A DNA stretch of 63,991 nucleotides, filler included, from Octopus bimaculoides (lineage: Eukaryota), in assembly GCF_001194135.2 (NCBI RefSeq). It is 5 parts of 4 records of this genome, joined end to end, with 100 filler letters (N's around TTAATTAATTAA, not from the genome) between each part and the next. Parts side by side here need not be neighbours in the genome. Positions count along the whole stretch, not along the records: positions 1 to 12,230 come from NC_068984.1; positions 12,331 to 34,756 come from NC_068985.1; 3 more parts are not named here. One strand, written 5' to 3'. Under the pieces are notes generated by a model that saw only the letters and a list, made by a program, of their open reading frames with translations, ran no database searches and was not told where the DNA came from. Positions 1 through 12,800 of this stretch are shown here, in pieces. Numbering within the stretch: the first letter of the stretch is position 1; each line of letters begins with the position of its first letter. Made by a program: the position numbers and the translations under genes.

Positions 1-727
1 AAAATTAAAATTAAATTAAGTTTCACAGTATATAATATATAAATATATAATTTAGAGAAAAGAACCAAAGTTCATGAACTCATCCATGAAAATCCACAGT
101 CACATATAGAAAAAATTAATAAGTAAAAACACGATAAAGAAGTATAATAAAATACAAAGTAAAGATCATAAAATAATAATAATAAAACGACTACACGTGT
201 TTCATAAACAAGTTTTCAAATATAAAATAAAATAAAATAAAATCGATTAAATCGATCGAAAATCAATTCTATTCAAAAATATAGCTAATCTTCAGGTCAA
301 AATGAAGAAGAACACTTCCTAAACTCAGTAAATCCAAGTCAGTGTTCCAAGTGTCCAAGAAGTTCCTGTGCGTAAATTTCTTTTGGATGGATAAAGTGTT
401 GCGCAACAGTGAACCCACTTCATACGGCTATCATTTCTAAAACCAGTGACACATCAGAGGTTGAGATCACCAGAAACCACCTGCAGTTTAGGTTTTCTAT
501 ACGAATTCATCTTCTAGAAGAGAGTTCAAATGAGAACTAGGGGTCCTTTATTCCCAGTAGTTCACATGCTAATTAACCCATAACCGGGGATCTAACAGGT
601 GCTACTACTCTGGGTCAGTGTAGACCTAGGAACAATAGTGGAAAAAAAGGTGGTTCCACACTATTCAAAACACTGGAAACCCCGTACAATGACTCTACTA
701 CCAGATGCAGTGTAGAGTCATACCCAA

Positions 728-775
<48 letters not shown>

Positions 776-904
776 CGTACATACATAGATACAAACATGC
801 ATACATAAATGCATGCATATATACACACACACATGCATGCATACATACATAAATATATGCATATATACATATACACACACACATACATACATACATACAT
901 ACAC

Positions 905-1540
905 ACATGATGGCTGTCCACTCGTGACTGAGGAAGACCATCACTGACCATTGCCGAAGCAAAATGACAGCAATGCTCGTGTATTAGGTTATTGCAGCCG
1001 CGATCAGCTCCACCCTGGTTTGCATCCGCAGCTTTTATGCTCGCCGCGGCATCCTCCTATTTGACCAGGATCGGAAAGTTGCCTCGCCGGTGATTGCGCA
1101 GTCTAAAATTTTAGGTCCAATAAGGCTTGCACAGTACCTAGCAGATCCTCTCCGCCCAATTGACATGATCCAGAGACAAGCTTAGGCAAAAGATTCAATA
1201 TCAATATGGGTCACCGGCTCAGGAATGTGGGAGCGCCATGACCTTATGCGCAAGCAAAAGATACCCTGAATGTTTAATGCCATTCCCGACATATCTGATT
1301 TTATACAAGTGTGACCTACTCGCCGGAATTTCTGAGGGCCCGTGCTATTGCTAGATAGTCGTTGAACCTACACCAGGTTCATTCGTTCATTTTACAGGGC
1401 TTAAAAAAAAAAGTCTTGCTGGGTTTCTAGCAATCTCCAAGTACCAGGCAAATCTTGTGAGAGTGCCGGTTTAGTCATTAACAATGCAAGTTTGTTCTGG
1501 ATTCCGTGTTACCAGTAGCACTCGTGCAAGACCTCACAAG
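905..1540 (-). mobile_element. Possible RTE-like non-LTR retroelement remnant (3' end at about 905)
   Basis: GC-richer 0.6-kb block between two microsatellites. Its left end (gatggctgtccactcgtgactgaggaagacc) resembles my recollection of reverse-complemented RTE 3' ends. No ORF supports it. Confidence 0.25.
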
Positions 1541-1585
1541 TGACCTGACATATTCCTCCATCCATCCATCCATCCATCCATCTAT

Positions 1586-1660
<75 letters not shown>

Positions 1661-2091
1661 TATTTTTCTTTATAAAAGTAAAACAATGCGTGTCATAAGC
1701 AACAATACATGTCGATGGGTTGTACTTTTATTTCAATATTTCACGGATAGAATTTTTCGTCAGGAATTCTTAAGAGAAATGGTGTTGTGAGCCGAGTTCT
1801 CTGTTCTGCAGAAAAAAAAAATAGGGACCTGTATTATTTCTTATGACTTTCATTGTTTTGCCTTTATAAAGAAAAATCGTAAATAATGTTTAACATACAC
1901 TCACTCACACACACACACAAAGAACGCAGGGTTACATAACCGGACTGTTACCTAACGTTCAGTTGAACTAGTGCGAAACCGATTGGTAAGATCGGCCGTA
2001 ATGGATGTATAATACTGTACACTTTGATTAATATATATTTATACATATATAAATATCAGACAATGCTTCATGCGAACGATACTACTCTCTA

Positions 2092-2150
<59 letters not shown>

Positions 2151-2204
2151 TACACATACATATGTATGTATGTATGTATGTACACACACATGTATAATTC
2201 AAAT

Positions 2205-2340
2205 GTACAGAAAAGAGAAGAATACGATAGATGAAGAAAAGAAACAGTAAGCAGGTGTATTAGTTTGACGCTCGGGAAGAATGGAAAAGTCTCGAGCCTA
2301 CCTCTAGACCCTATGCTCTTTGATAGAAAGGGATGAGAGG
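2205..2340 (-). mobile_element. Degenerate copy of the short hammerhead-bearing element (family H2)
   Basis: gtgtattagtttgacgctcgggaagaatggaaaagtc matches 20626-20650 (atgtattagtttaacgctcgggaatagagaaagtc) and the reverse complement of 16745-16775. The ribozyme core is scrambled here. Confidence 0.6.
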
Positions 2341-3984
2341 ATAAAAAAATGGCGAGAGATTAACGGTTTCACGTGATGAAATGACCAGAAGAAATAAGCC
2401 GATGGAAGGAGAGATAACAGTGACAAGTCCGAGTGGGGTGCGTAAGCGAGTGTATGTATGGGAGAATAGTGAAAGTGCATGGGTGTGTGAGGTGGTGGTG
2501 CGAGTGCATATTTATGTATGTGTAGGTGAGCTTAAGATTGTGAGCCCGTGTGCGGGTAGAGAAGCGCGTGTGTATGTGTTACATACATTGTATGGAAAGA
2601 TGTGTGTTCCGTGTATTTATGTGTTTGTGTGCGGCTGTGTCTATATGTGTGGGAGTGTGAACAGCTGTGTATTGTATGTGTGTGAGGCTATCAGATGTGT
2701 GTGTGTGTGTGTAAACGCATGTGTGCGTGTGTAAGTAGCGTGTGCACATGAGTGTATTTGTGCCTCAAGTGTGCGTGTGACACTATAGTGTGCGTTTATA
2801 TTGTGTGTGTTTGTGCGCGTGTGTGTATAGTGGTGGTGGGAGGTGCATGTGCATCTGTCTTTGTGTCTGTGTATGTCTTTCGTCATTTGACAATCAGTAT
2901 TGTTTGTTTACGTCGTCATAACTCTGTGGCTCAGCAAAAAGTCACGAAGAGAATAAGTACTAAACTTTAAAATAAGTACTGGAGTACATTTCATCAAATA
3001 AATCTTCCCATAGCCACATTCCAATGACTCAAAGAAGTATAGCATATAAGCATGTAAGTTTACGCCCATACGCACACGCACACGCACACGCACACGCACA
3101 CACACAGACGCACACACACACACACAAAATATATATAATTATATAAACATAATTATAGTAAGGGTACTAATGAGTAGCGCCAAATGCTAGAAATAGACGC
3201 CAAATGGCTCTAAGAACTACACTAGTTATCACAATGGCATGGGCTGAAAGCGAGGGAAATGAACAAAACAGATTTTTTTACAAGATGGTTTAACCATAGA
3301 TCACTTTCTAGTTTAGGGGTGTAACTCCCTTCACTGTCTTCAGTATGGTACAACTCAAAGTACATAATTATAAACATTTATGGGTATGTATATATTCTTT
3401 CTTGATTCAGTGCACTTTCTAAACTTTTTGTACATACTCAACAGTTGTTCAGTCAAATTTGCAAGTTAAGTAAGGAGACGTACTGTTGAATAAAGATGAA
3501 ATCACTCAACACGATGTTCATTCCTGAAAAAAAAAAAATTACAGCGAGACTAAATACGAAGGTATTTGTGTCAGTGTATTTATATATTTATAACCAATGC
3601 AGTATTGGTAGACTAGAAATCGTTTGCCCAGTGATGTAATATTATCATGCATAGCACCTATGTTAAAGTGAATGCACATAGCTATTACATCTAAGTTAAC
3701 GTCTATGAAGACGAATGTGCTGGGAGAGATAAACGAATTGATTTTGAACTTAGATTCAATGTTCTTTCCGCTAGTATTGACAGTCCATAAGATGATAAAA
3801 GAGCATATGATGACAGAATCAAAAGCTGAGCAATTTAAAATGCTTACATCTCATATTTTTAGGATTATATATATTAAATTTCGTAACCATGTGTTCTAAA
3901 CCTCTATTTATAATCAATTTAGAAACAGGATGTTTTCAAAAACGACTAGCATTAAATGTTCTCTTTCTGATCGATTATTCTTTT

Positions 3985-4171
3985 ATTCTTTCAGTCATTA
4001 GACTGCGGCCATGCTGGGGCACTGCCATGAAGAATTTTAGTCGAATGAATCGACCACAGTACTTAAAAATATCTTTTTGAGCCTTATTCTATCGGCCTCT
4101 TTTGCTGAATTGCTAAAGTTACGGGGACGTAAACACATGAACGCCAGTTGTCAAGTAGTGGCAGTGAAGAA

Positions 4172-4208
<37 letters not shown>

Positions 4209-4265
4209 TACCACGGGCTTCTTGCCCAAGGTTCCACACGGTGGGATTGAACTTGGAACCATGTG
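3985..4265 (-). mobile_element. SINE family A, degenerate and internally deleted
   Basis: cagtcattagactgcggccatgctgg tail, gttacggggacgtaaacac body, internal (CA)n, and a cccaaggttccacacggtgggattgaac head. Matches the full copy at 30510-30929. Confidence 0.85.
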
Positions 4266-5413
4266 TAAATTTCAAGTCTAAAACACATATGACTACGATT
4301 GTAACCCGCGTCACGGTGAATGTTAAGGAGTTTTAATGATTGATGGCAGTTGTTAATTTAAAGGCAAATTATAAATACATTCAGTTTCTTGATGTCTTTT
4401 ACAAATATTTAATTGTATACATAGTGGCATACATATCAAGAACTATACATAGTTCTTGATATGGTTCATTACAACCCACATCTTGGCTGAAACGAATGAT
4501 AAAGATAATTATCCATCCATAATTGTAATAGTTTTAAGCTTTTTAGAGAGTTGTAGAAGGTGTTATAAAAAGAAATAATTCTGAAAATGCAGGTTTTTAT
4601 TGAAAACGTCAGGTTTTTCTTCACTCACTTCACTGCCATTCCTCAACTTGCGCTTTTTACTGAGTCGGCTCCTACTGACGATAACCCATTCTATCATAGA
4701 TCCTGCAATTTTTATTATTATATTGAAAGGGTGTCCACAAAGTCTATCAAATTCGACACTTTCAAAATAAATTACAGAAAACAAGTATCATTTCAAGTTA
4801 ATTTATTTGGGAATAGGGATAAAGATATAAGCTAACTTACCAGATTATGGTTAACTAATAGGATAAGTATTTTGTTAGACTGTGACTTAATTTGATTTGT
4901 TTCGAGCTGAGCGATTCGATACCGAGAAAGAAAAGTTAAACACATGAGATCTAGAACACGAGGTACAATATGGATAAAAAGAAAACTCTTGAGTGCTCTA
5001 TGAAAATTTGAGTAAATATGCAAGATAGTGGTGACATGTTGTCAGAGTTAGAAAGAATTATTTCCATTTGTAGAAAGAGTTATTAAAGAGACAGAAAAAG
5101 ATTATGTTCTTCAGTAGAACAATGGGTACAGGATGATTTTATTTTTATTTTTGTGAAGTCAAGTTGAATTGAGTTGGATGTGTATCGTTGGATTCATTTC
5201 TACCTGTTTGGTGCAGAAGAGTTTTGCTGAATTGAGGAGAAAACTTTGCCAACGCAATGCTCTCTTCGTTAAAAAATCTTAGCGCTCCTCAAAAAGTAAG
5301 AGTGACACCTGCTCATTCTCATCAAAACCTTTAGAACTGTTATTTACAGAAGTGTTACATGTGAGTTAGTATCATATATGCCCATTTTTTTCTTTTTTAT
5401 ATTTTAATTCTAG

Positions 5414-5767
5414 TTATTACAACAGCAAGCACAACAACTACTTCATCGCTTGCAAGCACAACAACAGCAAGCACAACGACAGCAAGCACAACACCAAGCA
5501 CAACAGCAAGCACAACACCAAGCACAACAACAGCAAGCACAACGACAGCAAGCACAACAGCAAGCACAACACCAAGCACAACGACAGCAAGCACAACAGC
5601 AAGCACAACACCAAGCACAACGACAGCAAGCACAACAGCAAGCACAACACCAAGCACAACGACAGCAAGCACAACTACTTCAACTACAGCAACCACAAAG
5701 ATATCATTATTTACAACTAGTTCTGCTTTGGAAACAACGCGATCGCAAATCCAGTCTGAACAAAAAG
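5414..5767 (+). CDS. Internal exon encoding a mucin-like Thr/Ser/Ala/Pro linker (STTTA/STTP/STTA repeats)
   Basis: Acceptor ttttttatattttaattctag at 5413 and donor AAAG|gttagt at 5768. The exon is 354 nt, phase 1-1, and stop-free (ITTASTTTTSSLASTTTASTTTASTTPS...KISLFTTSSALETTRSQIQSEQK). Repeat units are 12 or 15 nt. Terminal G plus the AG of the vWA exon gives an in-frame Glu. Confidence 0.85.
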
Positions 5768-5914
5768 GTTAGTTTAATTATATTCTTCTTGATATGTCTG
5801 TAAAAAGAATTAAATTCAAATGTTACGTGTTTCTCGTTGACTGACATTTTAATTTGTGGAGCAATGATAAAAGTTAAAATATTTCAAGCTAAATAAATTT
5901 AATAAAATGGCATT

Positions 5915-8390
5915 TTCTCTCACACTTCGCTTAATTTAGACTTTTTGGATATGCCTTCTTCACTTTTTACACTTGCAGGTCGTTTCATTAGAAACATATC
6001 ATGAGAAGATGCTTTTTCATGCCTTTCAAAATATTACGAAAGTGCACCAGAGCATTGTCATCAAATAAAGTATTAGGTTGTCCGGAAAGTTCGTGCCGAT
6101 TTTAAAGGAAATAAAAAGGTCAATAAATACTTTCCATTACATTTTTAATCAATCAAATATGAACCATTTTGTTGCACAATGCGTCACCATCTTTCCTTTA
6201 ACTTGAAAATACCCTCTTCCCAGAATTGAGGTGGTTTCATGGCAAAAAATTCATCAAGGTGTCTTTTTACGTCATCCAAGGAATTGAAATTTTTACCATT
6301 AAGACTATTCTGCAGAGAACCTGAATAAGTGGAAATCCAAAGGAGCAATATCTGGTGAATATGGAGGTTGGGGTAACACATCCCAGCCGAGCTTCAGCAA
6401 TTTTTGTCTGGTTCCAAAAGAAACGTGCGGTCTTGCATTATCATGTTAGAAAACAACGCCCTTCCTGTTGGCCAACCTATTTCCGGACAATCCAATAGCT
6501 GTACTACCTGTAGCTACAGGTCGTGCCGCTACTTTTTCAGGATGATATTTTTCTACAAATTCAGAAACATACTGCTACTTCGCCAACACTGCCTTTATGT
6601 CACTCGTAGAGATAGCATTCTCCGTTACACTGTTCTCCTCCGGGGAACCAATCTCTTCCACCGCATCCAAATGCTGCTGCTCATGAAGTTGCACGAGTTT
6701 ATCTATCATCAGCTTGTCTAAGTGTTCCTTGAGATCGTTAATGTCCTTATCATCAGCCTCGAGACCCATGGACTTGCCAAGAGACACTATCTCCTCGATT
6801 ACAAGTGTCTCAGACTCAAACTTTTCAAAGTCTCTTTTGGATACGCTGTCAGACCACAATTTCCTCTATGCAGAATTCAGCGTTCTCCTCGTTACACCCT
6901 GCCAGGCTATATCGATGATTTTCAGGCAGTTTACAATGTTGTAGTGCTCCTTCCAAAACTCACGAAAGATTAGATTAGTATTTTTAGTGACTTCAATGCA
7001 CCGATGAAACAGGTGTTTGGCATACAGTTTCTTAAAATCAGAAATCACCTGTTGGTCCATGGGTTGCAAGATAGGGTGCTGCTGCGTGAAAGGTACAGAA
7101 CTTTTATAAATTTAAATTCGTCCAGGATATCATCTTCGAGGTTAGGAGAGTGAGCAAGAGCATTGTTGAGGATGAGGTGCGCCTTGAGAAAAGGATTGTT
7201 TTCCAGAAGGTACTTTTTCACTGCTGGTCCGAAGACAAGATTGACCCACTGGGAGAAGAATTGCCTAGTAACCCAGGCTTTAACGTTAGTCCTCCACATG
7301 ACTTACAGCTTCTCCTTCACGATTTTTTGTGACTTGAATGCTCGTGGGTTTTCGGAATGGTGGACAAGGAGCGGTTTAATATTCAAATCTTCGCTCACAT
7401 TGGCACAGAGGGCGAGAGTTAGCCTATCTTTCATAGGCTTGTGGCCTGGTATTTTCTTCTCCTCTGCAGGGATGTAGGTTCTTCTGGGCATTTTTTCCAA
7501 AACAGACTAGTTTCATCACAGTTGAATACCTGTTGTGCGATGTACCCCTCGGTTGCGATGAGCTGACGGAAATCACGCACAAAATCTTCAGCTGCCTTCG
7601 TGTCAGTACGTACTGCTTCTCCATATCTGACGACGCTATGAACACTAGTTCTCTTCTTGAAATTATCAAACCGGCCGCGACTGGCTTTCAATGCATCTGT
7701 TGATGTATCCTCCATCGATGTTACAGGGTTCTGCTTCAGGATTTTCCCATACAGTGCTCGTGCTTTCTCGCATATGATGGTCTCTGTAATTGTAACCCCT
7801 GCGAGTTGCTTCTCGATGATCTACGGGAGAAGCAACTTTTCCATCCTTTCGTGGACAGATGTGCATTCCTTAGAGAATCTGGAGACATCCTTTGCTGTTA
7901 TAACAGCCTGGCTCCCATCCTTTTTCATCAGGATGGTGCAGATCGTCGACGTGCTTCGGTCGTATTGACGTGCTATGTCCACTACAAGCACACCTCTCTC
8001 ATGTTTATCAATGATTTTCTTCTTCAGTTCTATCATAATCAGCTTTTTCTTCTTCTCAGCACTGTCCTTTGCACTAACCTTCTCAGGATCCATGGATAAC
8101 ACAACTAATTATTATAAAATAATAACAAAAATGCACAAGACTAAACAAAGACATTGGGAAAAACACAGTAGCGATGCTGCTACCTCAAGATAAACACGTG
8201 AACTAAGTGAGCGGAGACTGCGCTTATTGGGATAGCGTGTGCGAGCTCAGATCCAACTAGCGGTCGCTTGTATGAAACTGGCCCGTACTGCAGATTTCCG
8301 CTCCTACTTCAAGACAAAAACTAGCGCGAGCCTCGGCTCGTACAGCAAGTTAAACGTACAATGGTGCACTCGTACTGAGAGCTTCTACTA
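5915..8390 (-). mobile_element. Tigger/pogo DNA transposon with decayed transposase, interrupted by a mariner
   Basis: CENP-B-type HTH (MDPEKVSAKDSAEKKKKLIMIELKKKIIDKHERG, ATG at 8093), ASRGRFDNFKKR, QQVFNCDETSLFWKKMPRRTYI, KDRLTLALCAN, and C-terminal LFDDNALVHFRNILKG. Frameshifts and stops throughout. TIR-like start followed by TA at about 8390. Confidence 0.92.
6073..6495 (-). mobile_element. Internally deleted mariner (DD34D) with both TIR ends and TA TSD
   Basis: Ends ta|ttaggttgtccggaa and ttccggacaatccaa|ta match 13/15 as inverted repeats. The - strand reads HDNARPH...[23 protein letters not shown]...[18 protein letters not shown]...KLKERW. Confidence 0.92.
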
Positions 8391-8801
8391 TAGTTATTTG
8401 TTTTACGAGTTCATTCTTCACATAAAGAAAAAAGAAAGTAAAAGGAGGAAAAGGGGAAAAGAGGAAAAGATCGGTATTTTTCACTTTCAAAAATTGCCAT
8501 TTATTAATTATGAAATAAAGTTTGGAAGTTTAAGTCAGCCGAGATTAACAAACCTGATTCCTTCTTGGATCATTATTTTTCAACATTACGAGTGTAGTAT
8601 AATCATACGACATGCATTATGATTATATATAGTTTCAGGAACATTAACAGTAGAAAAACGTTTTATGAATATATCCCAAACATTTCAATATCTTGGATTT
8701 ATAGACACAATTTGATATGATGTAACAAACATAAATGCTTTGTTCTAGTTAAAAACTGATTGAGGACGGGTTTCGTGTAAATTGTATACCATCAACAATG
8801 T

Positions 8802-8840
<39 letters not shown>

Positions 8841-9879
8841 NNNNNNNNNNNNNNNNNNNNNNNNNNNNNNNNNNNNNNNNNNNNNNNNNNNNNNNNNNNN
8901 NNNNNNNNNNNNNNNNNNNNNNNNNNNNNNNNNNNNNNNNNNNNNNNNNNNNNNNNNNNNNNNNNNNNNNNNNNNNNNNNNNNNNNNNNNNNNNNNNNNN
9001 NNNNNNNNNNNNNNNNNNNNNNNNNNNNNNNNNNNNNNNNNNNNNNNNNNNNNNNNNNNNNNNNNNNNNNNNNNNNNNNNNNNNNNNNNNNNNNNNNNNN
9101 NNNNNNNNNNNNNNNNNNNNNNNNNNNNNNNNNNNNNNNNNNNNNNNNNNNNNNNNNNNNNNNNNNNNNNNNNNNNNNNNNNNNNNNNNNNNNNNNNNNN
9201 NNNNNNNNNNNNNNNNNNNNNNNNNNNNNNNNNNNNNNNNNNNNNNNNNNNNNNNNNNNNNNNNNNNNNNNNNNNNNNNNNNNNNNNNNNNNNNNNNNNN
9301 NNNNNNNNNNNNNNNNNNNNNNNNNNNNNNNNNNNNNNNNNNNNNNNNNNNNNNNNNNNNNNNNNNNNNNNNNNNNNNNNNNNNNNNNNNNNNNNNNNNN
9401 NNNNNNNNNNNNNNNNNNNNNNNNNNNNNNNNNNNNNNNNNNNNNNNNNNNNNNNNNNNNNNNNNNNNNNNNNNNNNNNNNNNNNNNNNNNNNNNNNNNN
9501 NNNNNNNNNNNNNNNNNNNNNNNNNNNNNNNNNNNNNNNNNNNNNNNNNNNNNNNNNNNNNNNNNNNNNNNNNNNNNNNNNNNNNNNNNNNNNNNNNNNN
9601 NNNNNNNNNNNNNNNNNNNNNNNATATATATATATATATATATACATATATGAAAAACAAAGCTGGATAGGGGACGCTAATAATTTTTAAAATACCGTTA
9701 AGAAATTTGATGTCATAAGACGAGAGAAGAAGAGAAGGAAAAGAGAAAGAGAAAGATAATTGAAGGAGAAATTGAGGTATAAACAAATAGAGAGTGAATG
9801 ACAGATAGATAGAAAAGGTGAAGGAACAAATAGGAGGTATAGGATGAAAGAATAAAGATTAAGTTGCAGATATTATTGG

Positions 9880-10600
9880 TAAGAGGATATATATCTGAAA
9901 TAGCCGAGTGTATTTTGCAATGTAAACACCCGCAAACACGTTCTTTATAGGTGTTGACCAGTGTGTGTTTAGAAAAAAGCATAAATAGCTGTTCGTCCGC
10001 ACAAAGAGGGCAGAAGGATTTCCCTTTATCGTAGGGAAATGATCTTGATACAATTTTCCAATCCAAAGAAAATTGTTTATTAGAGTTTTTGAGATTCTAA
10101 ATAAGTTTACTAAGACCTGTAGAATTACATTTATGAATTTATTTAAATGTAGAAAGGTGGTTGGCAAGCCCTTTTTAATCTTAAATTCCGTGGATGAAAG
10201 TCCAATATAAAAGAATTCTTCAGATCCTGCAGAAATTTTACATTGGCAAACAACGTTTGTAATTCTGCAATTTCCGTTGAGAACGCAATTTATTCGGGCC
10301 ACAATTGCAAGGACTAATTACTATTGATACTATTATTTATGGAGAGATTATCGTTATTACTATTAATGTTATTAAAGTTATCAAGTGAAACCCATTTACC
10401 GTTTAGAATATAATTGTTATGCCAGTATATAATCCGTAGTAGGTTATTGGTGTTGGAGAAGCCAATTCTGACACGATGAGTGTTGGAAATGGAGTGGTAC
10501 CTGGAATTTTGGGGAAAATTCCTTTCGATGGTTCGACGAAATAGGTAGGGAAGGTTACTTTTAACTTGTTTTTCGTAAGGAAGATTAAGTCGAATATTTT
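9880..10600 (-). mobile_element. Penelope-like element, decayed C-terminal GIY-YIG endonuclease region
   Basis: Frameshifted pieces: LPYLFRRTIERNFP, NVVCQCKISAGSEEFFYIGLSSTEFK (GIY-YIG), and WKIVSRSFPYDKGKSFCPLCADEQLF...LVNTYKERVCGCLH (PLE-type CxxC...N..E...CxH tail). Confidence 0.8.
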
Positions 10601-11077
10601 TGCTAGGATCATGCGATTTCTTGAGAGATTTATTATTTTTATATATGAACATGCATATATATATATAGGTGTGTGTGTGTGTGTGTATGTGTGTGTGTAT
10701 TTATATATATATATACTTATGTATACATGTATATATATCATATATTGTAGTTTCTTACATCTGTTAAAATGACTCATTGATGAACACTGTTCTTTATATC
10801 CTCCCTGATAAGATTGATACTTTTTCCCACATTAATCTTCCTTTCGGATTTATTTTAATGCATCTACTGGAACATATGTCGGTGATATGGTGATATAAAT
10901 GATTTAAATAACATCTGGAGCGTTCGTCTCCATTTTTCATTCTTATGTTCTCCAAAACACGTCTCACTTCTCCCTGGAACTGACTCCCACGCATGTGATT
11001 ACTAATTCCTAGGGCGCTTATGTGGCATTTGGCTACCTTTTAACTGCTCCTCAGGATCTTTCCTTGTAAATTGAATA

Positions 11078-11130
<53 letters not shown>

Positions 11131-11299
11131 ATATATTATATCATATTATGCTACATATATACTATATTATAATATATATTATATTATACTCTCTCTCTCT
11201 CCATATATATATATATGTATGTATATTTTTTTCACATATACATACCTGTTTGTTTGTATGTATGTATGCATAAAAATAAATATTTCGTTTGCTTTGCAG

Positions 11300-11896
11300 A
11301 GTGTAAAAATAAAGTTGCTGATATTTGGTTCCTTCTTGATTCTTCGTCGAGTATCACAGCAAACAATTTTGGCAAACAGAAGAACATAATTGAAAATATG
11401 GTTGGTATGCTAGATATACATGCCTCAAAAACCCGTGTGGCTATATCGACGTTTAACCATGAATATCAGTCAATTGTAATGTTTGGCGACACCAACGACA
11501 AGCAAGAAATCATTAAAAGAATTGAGGCAATTGAGTACGTGGGTGGCGGAACTAAAACTGGTAACGCTTTGGAAAAGGTGAGGACTGAGCTATTCTCATC
11601 TGGGACATGGAGACCAAAAGCTGATCACATACTTATCGTATTTACAGATGGTAGGTCAAGCGATTATAAACAGACCAAAACTGAAGCTGAGCTACTCAAG
11701 AAATTAAATATAAAGATATTTGCTGTTGGCATTGGTAAGTCAGTTGATCAGATTGAACTAGAAGATATTGCTAGTAGACCATTTAACACTTTCGTACACA
11801 ACTTCGAAAGCTTTGATGTTCTCTTGAATGAATATGGAATTCTTACACGCATTGCATGCAACGCATCAACTGAGTTATTGCCTGCAGATGAAGATG
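11300..11896 (+). CDS. von Willebrand factor A domain exon (matrilin/collagen VI-like extracellular protein)
   Basis: Acceptor tttgctttgcag| and donor GATG|gtaaga; 597 nt, phase 1-1. Reads CKNKVADIWFLLDSSSSI...GGGTKTG...ILIVFTDGRS...IFAVGIG...IASRP...IAC, with MIDAS DxSxS...T...D intact. Confidence 0.95.
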
Positions 11897-12196
11897 GTAA
11901 GATTAAGACATTTATAATTTGATTATATAGATTGTTAATGTTAATTAATTGATAAATGACTTTGATTATTTTCTTATCCACAAAAGTTTCCTGTTCCATT
12001 TAATGTTAAACTTACTCTATAATGAATTCACAATATTATCTTTAAAACAAAAATAGATATTTCTGACGTAGTGACATGTTAGAAAATAGAAATACATCCA
12101 CACATAAACACACACGAACACACATACCATATATATATATTTATTTATTTATGTGTTTCAGCCAAGTGGCTGCGGTCATGCTGGTGCACCACCGTG

Positions 12197-12230
<34 letters not shown>

Positions 12231-12341
12231 NNNNNNNNNNNNNNNNNNNNNNNNNNNNNNNNNNNNNNNNNNNNTTAATTAATTAANNNNNNNNNNNNNN
12301 NNNNNNNNNNNNNNNNNNNNNNNNNNNNNNATATAAATATA

Positions 12342-12377
<36 letters not shown>

Positions 12378-12491
12378 TGTATATATAATATATACGTATA
12401 TATGTACAGCACATGTATTTTTTAATGCGGAATTAAGTTAGTATTTTTACCTTTAATATAGAATCTATGTGTATAATTATTTTGCTATCAG

Positions 12492-12519
12492 CTGTGGATA
12501 TTAATGCTAGAGACATTTC
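12492..12519 (+). CDS. Candidate 28-nt micro-exon downstream of the vWA exon (AVDINARDIS)
   Basis: Acceptor ttttgctatcag| and donor TTC|gtaaga. Phase 1 start fits the vWA donor. Not verifiable without RNA data. Confidence 0.35.
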
Positions 12520-12689
12520 GTAAGACAGATAAAATATGAGCGCCTTGTGGGAATCGCTCTCTCATCGGCCGTCTTCTGGTTTACTGCATGCATCAGTTAC
12601 GATAACGATCCTCTACCCGACTCTGCATTTCTTTTGTGCTTCCATTATTTTTTTCTGTTTGTCAGTGTGTCTGTCTCTCTAGCTTCGTG

Positions 12690-12800
<111 letters not shown>

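Noticed and set aside
590-730. Segment resembling an interspersed repeat I recall from octopus
   Set aside because: No clear second copy or diagnostic motif within this window.
5450-5803. Poly-Gln ORF QAQQQQAQR... and the antisense Val/Leu ORFs
   Set aside because: The splice sites and phase fit only the Thr/Ser frame.
8745-9786. Long ORFs of 200-390 aa in the track, here and across the other gaps
   Set aside because: Made of N-runs and (TA)n/(CA)n translation.
12275-12286. TTAATTAATTAA between N-runs (also 34801-34812, 47983-47994, 62352-62363)
   Set aside because: Identical 12-mer always embedded in gaps, with stops in all six frames. This is an assembly linker, not biology.
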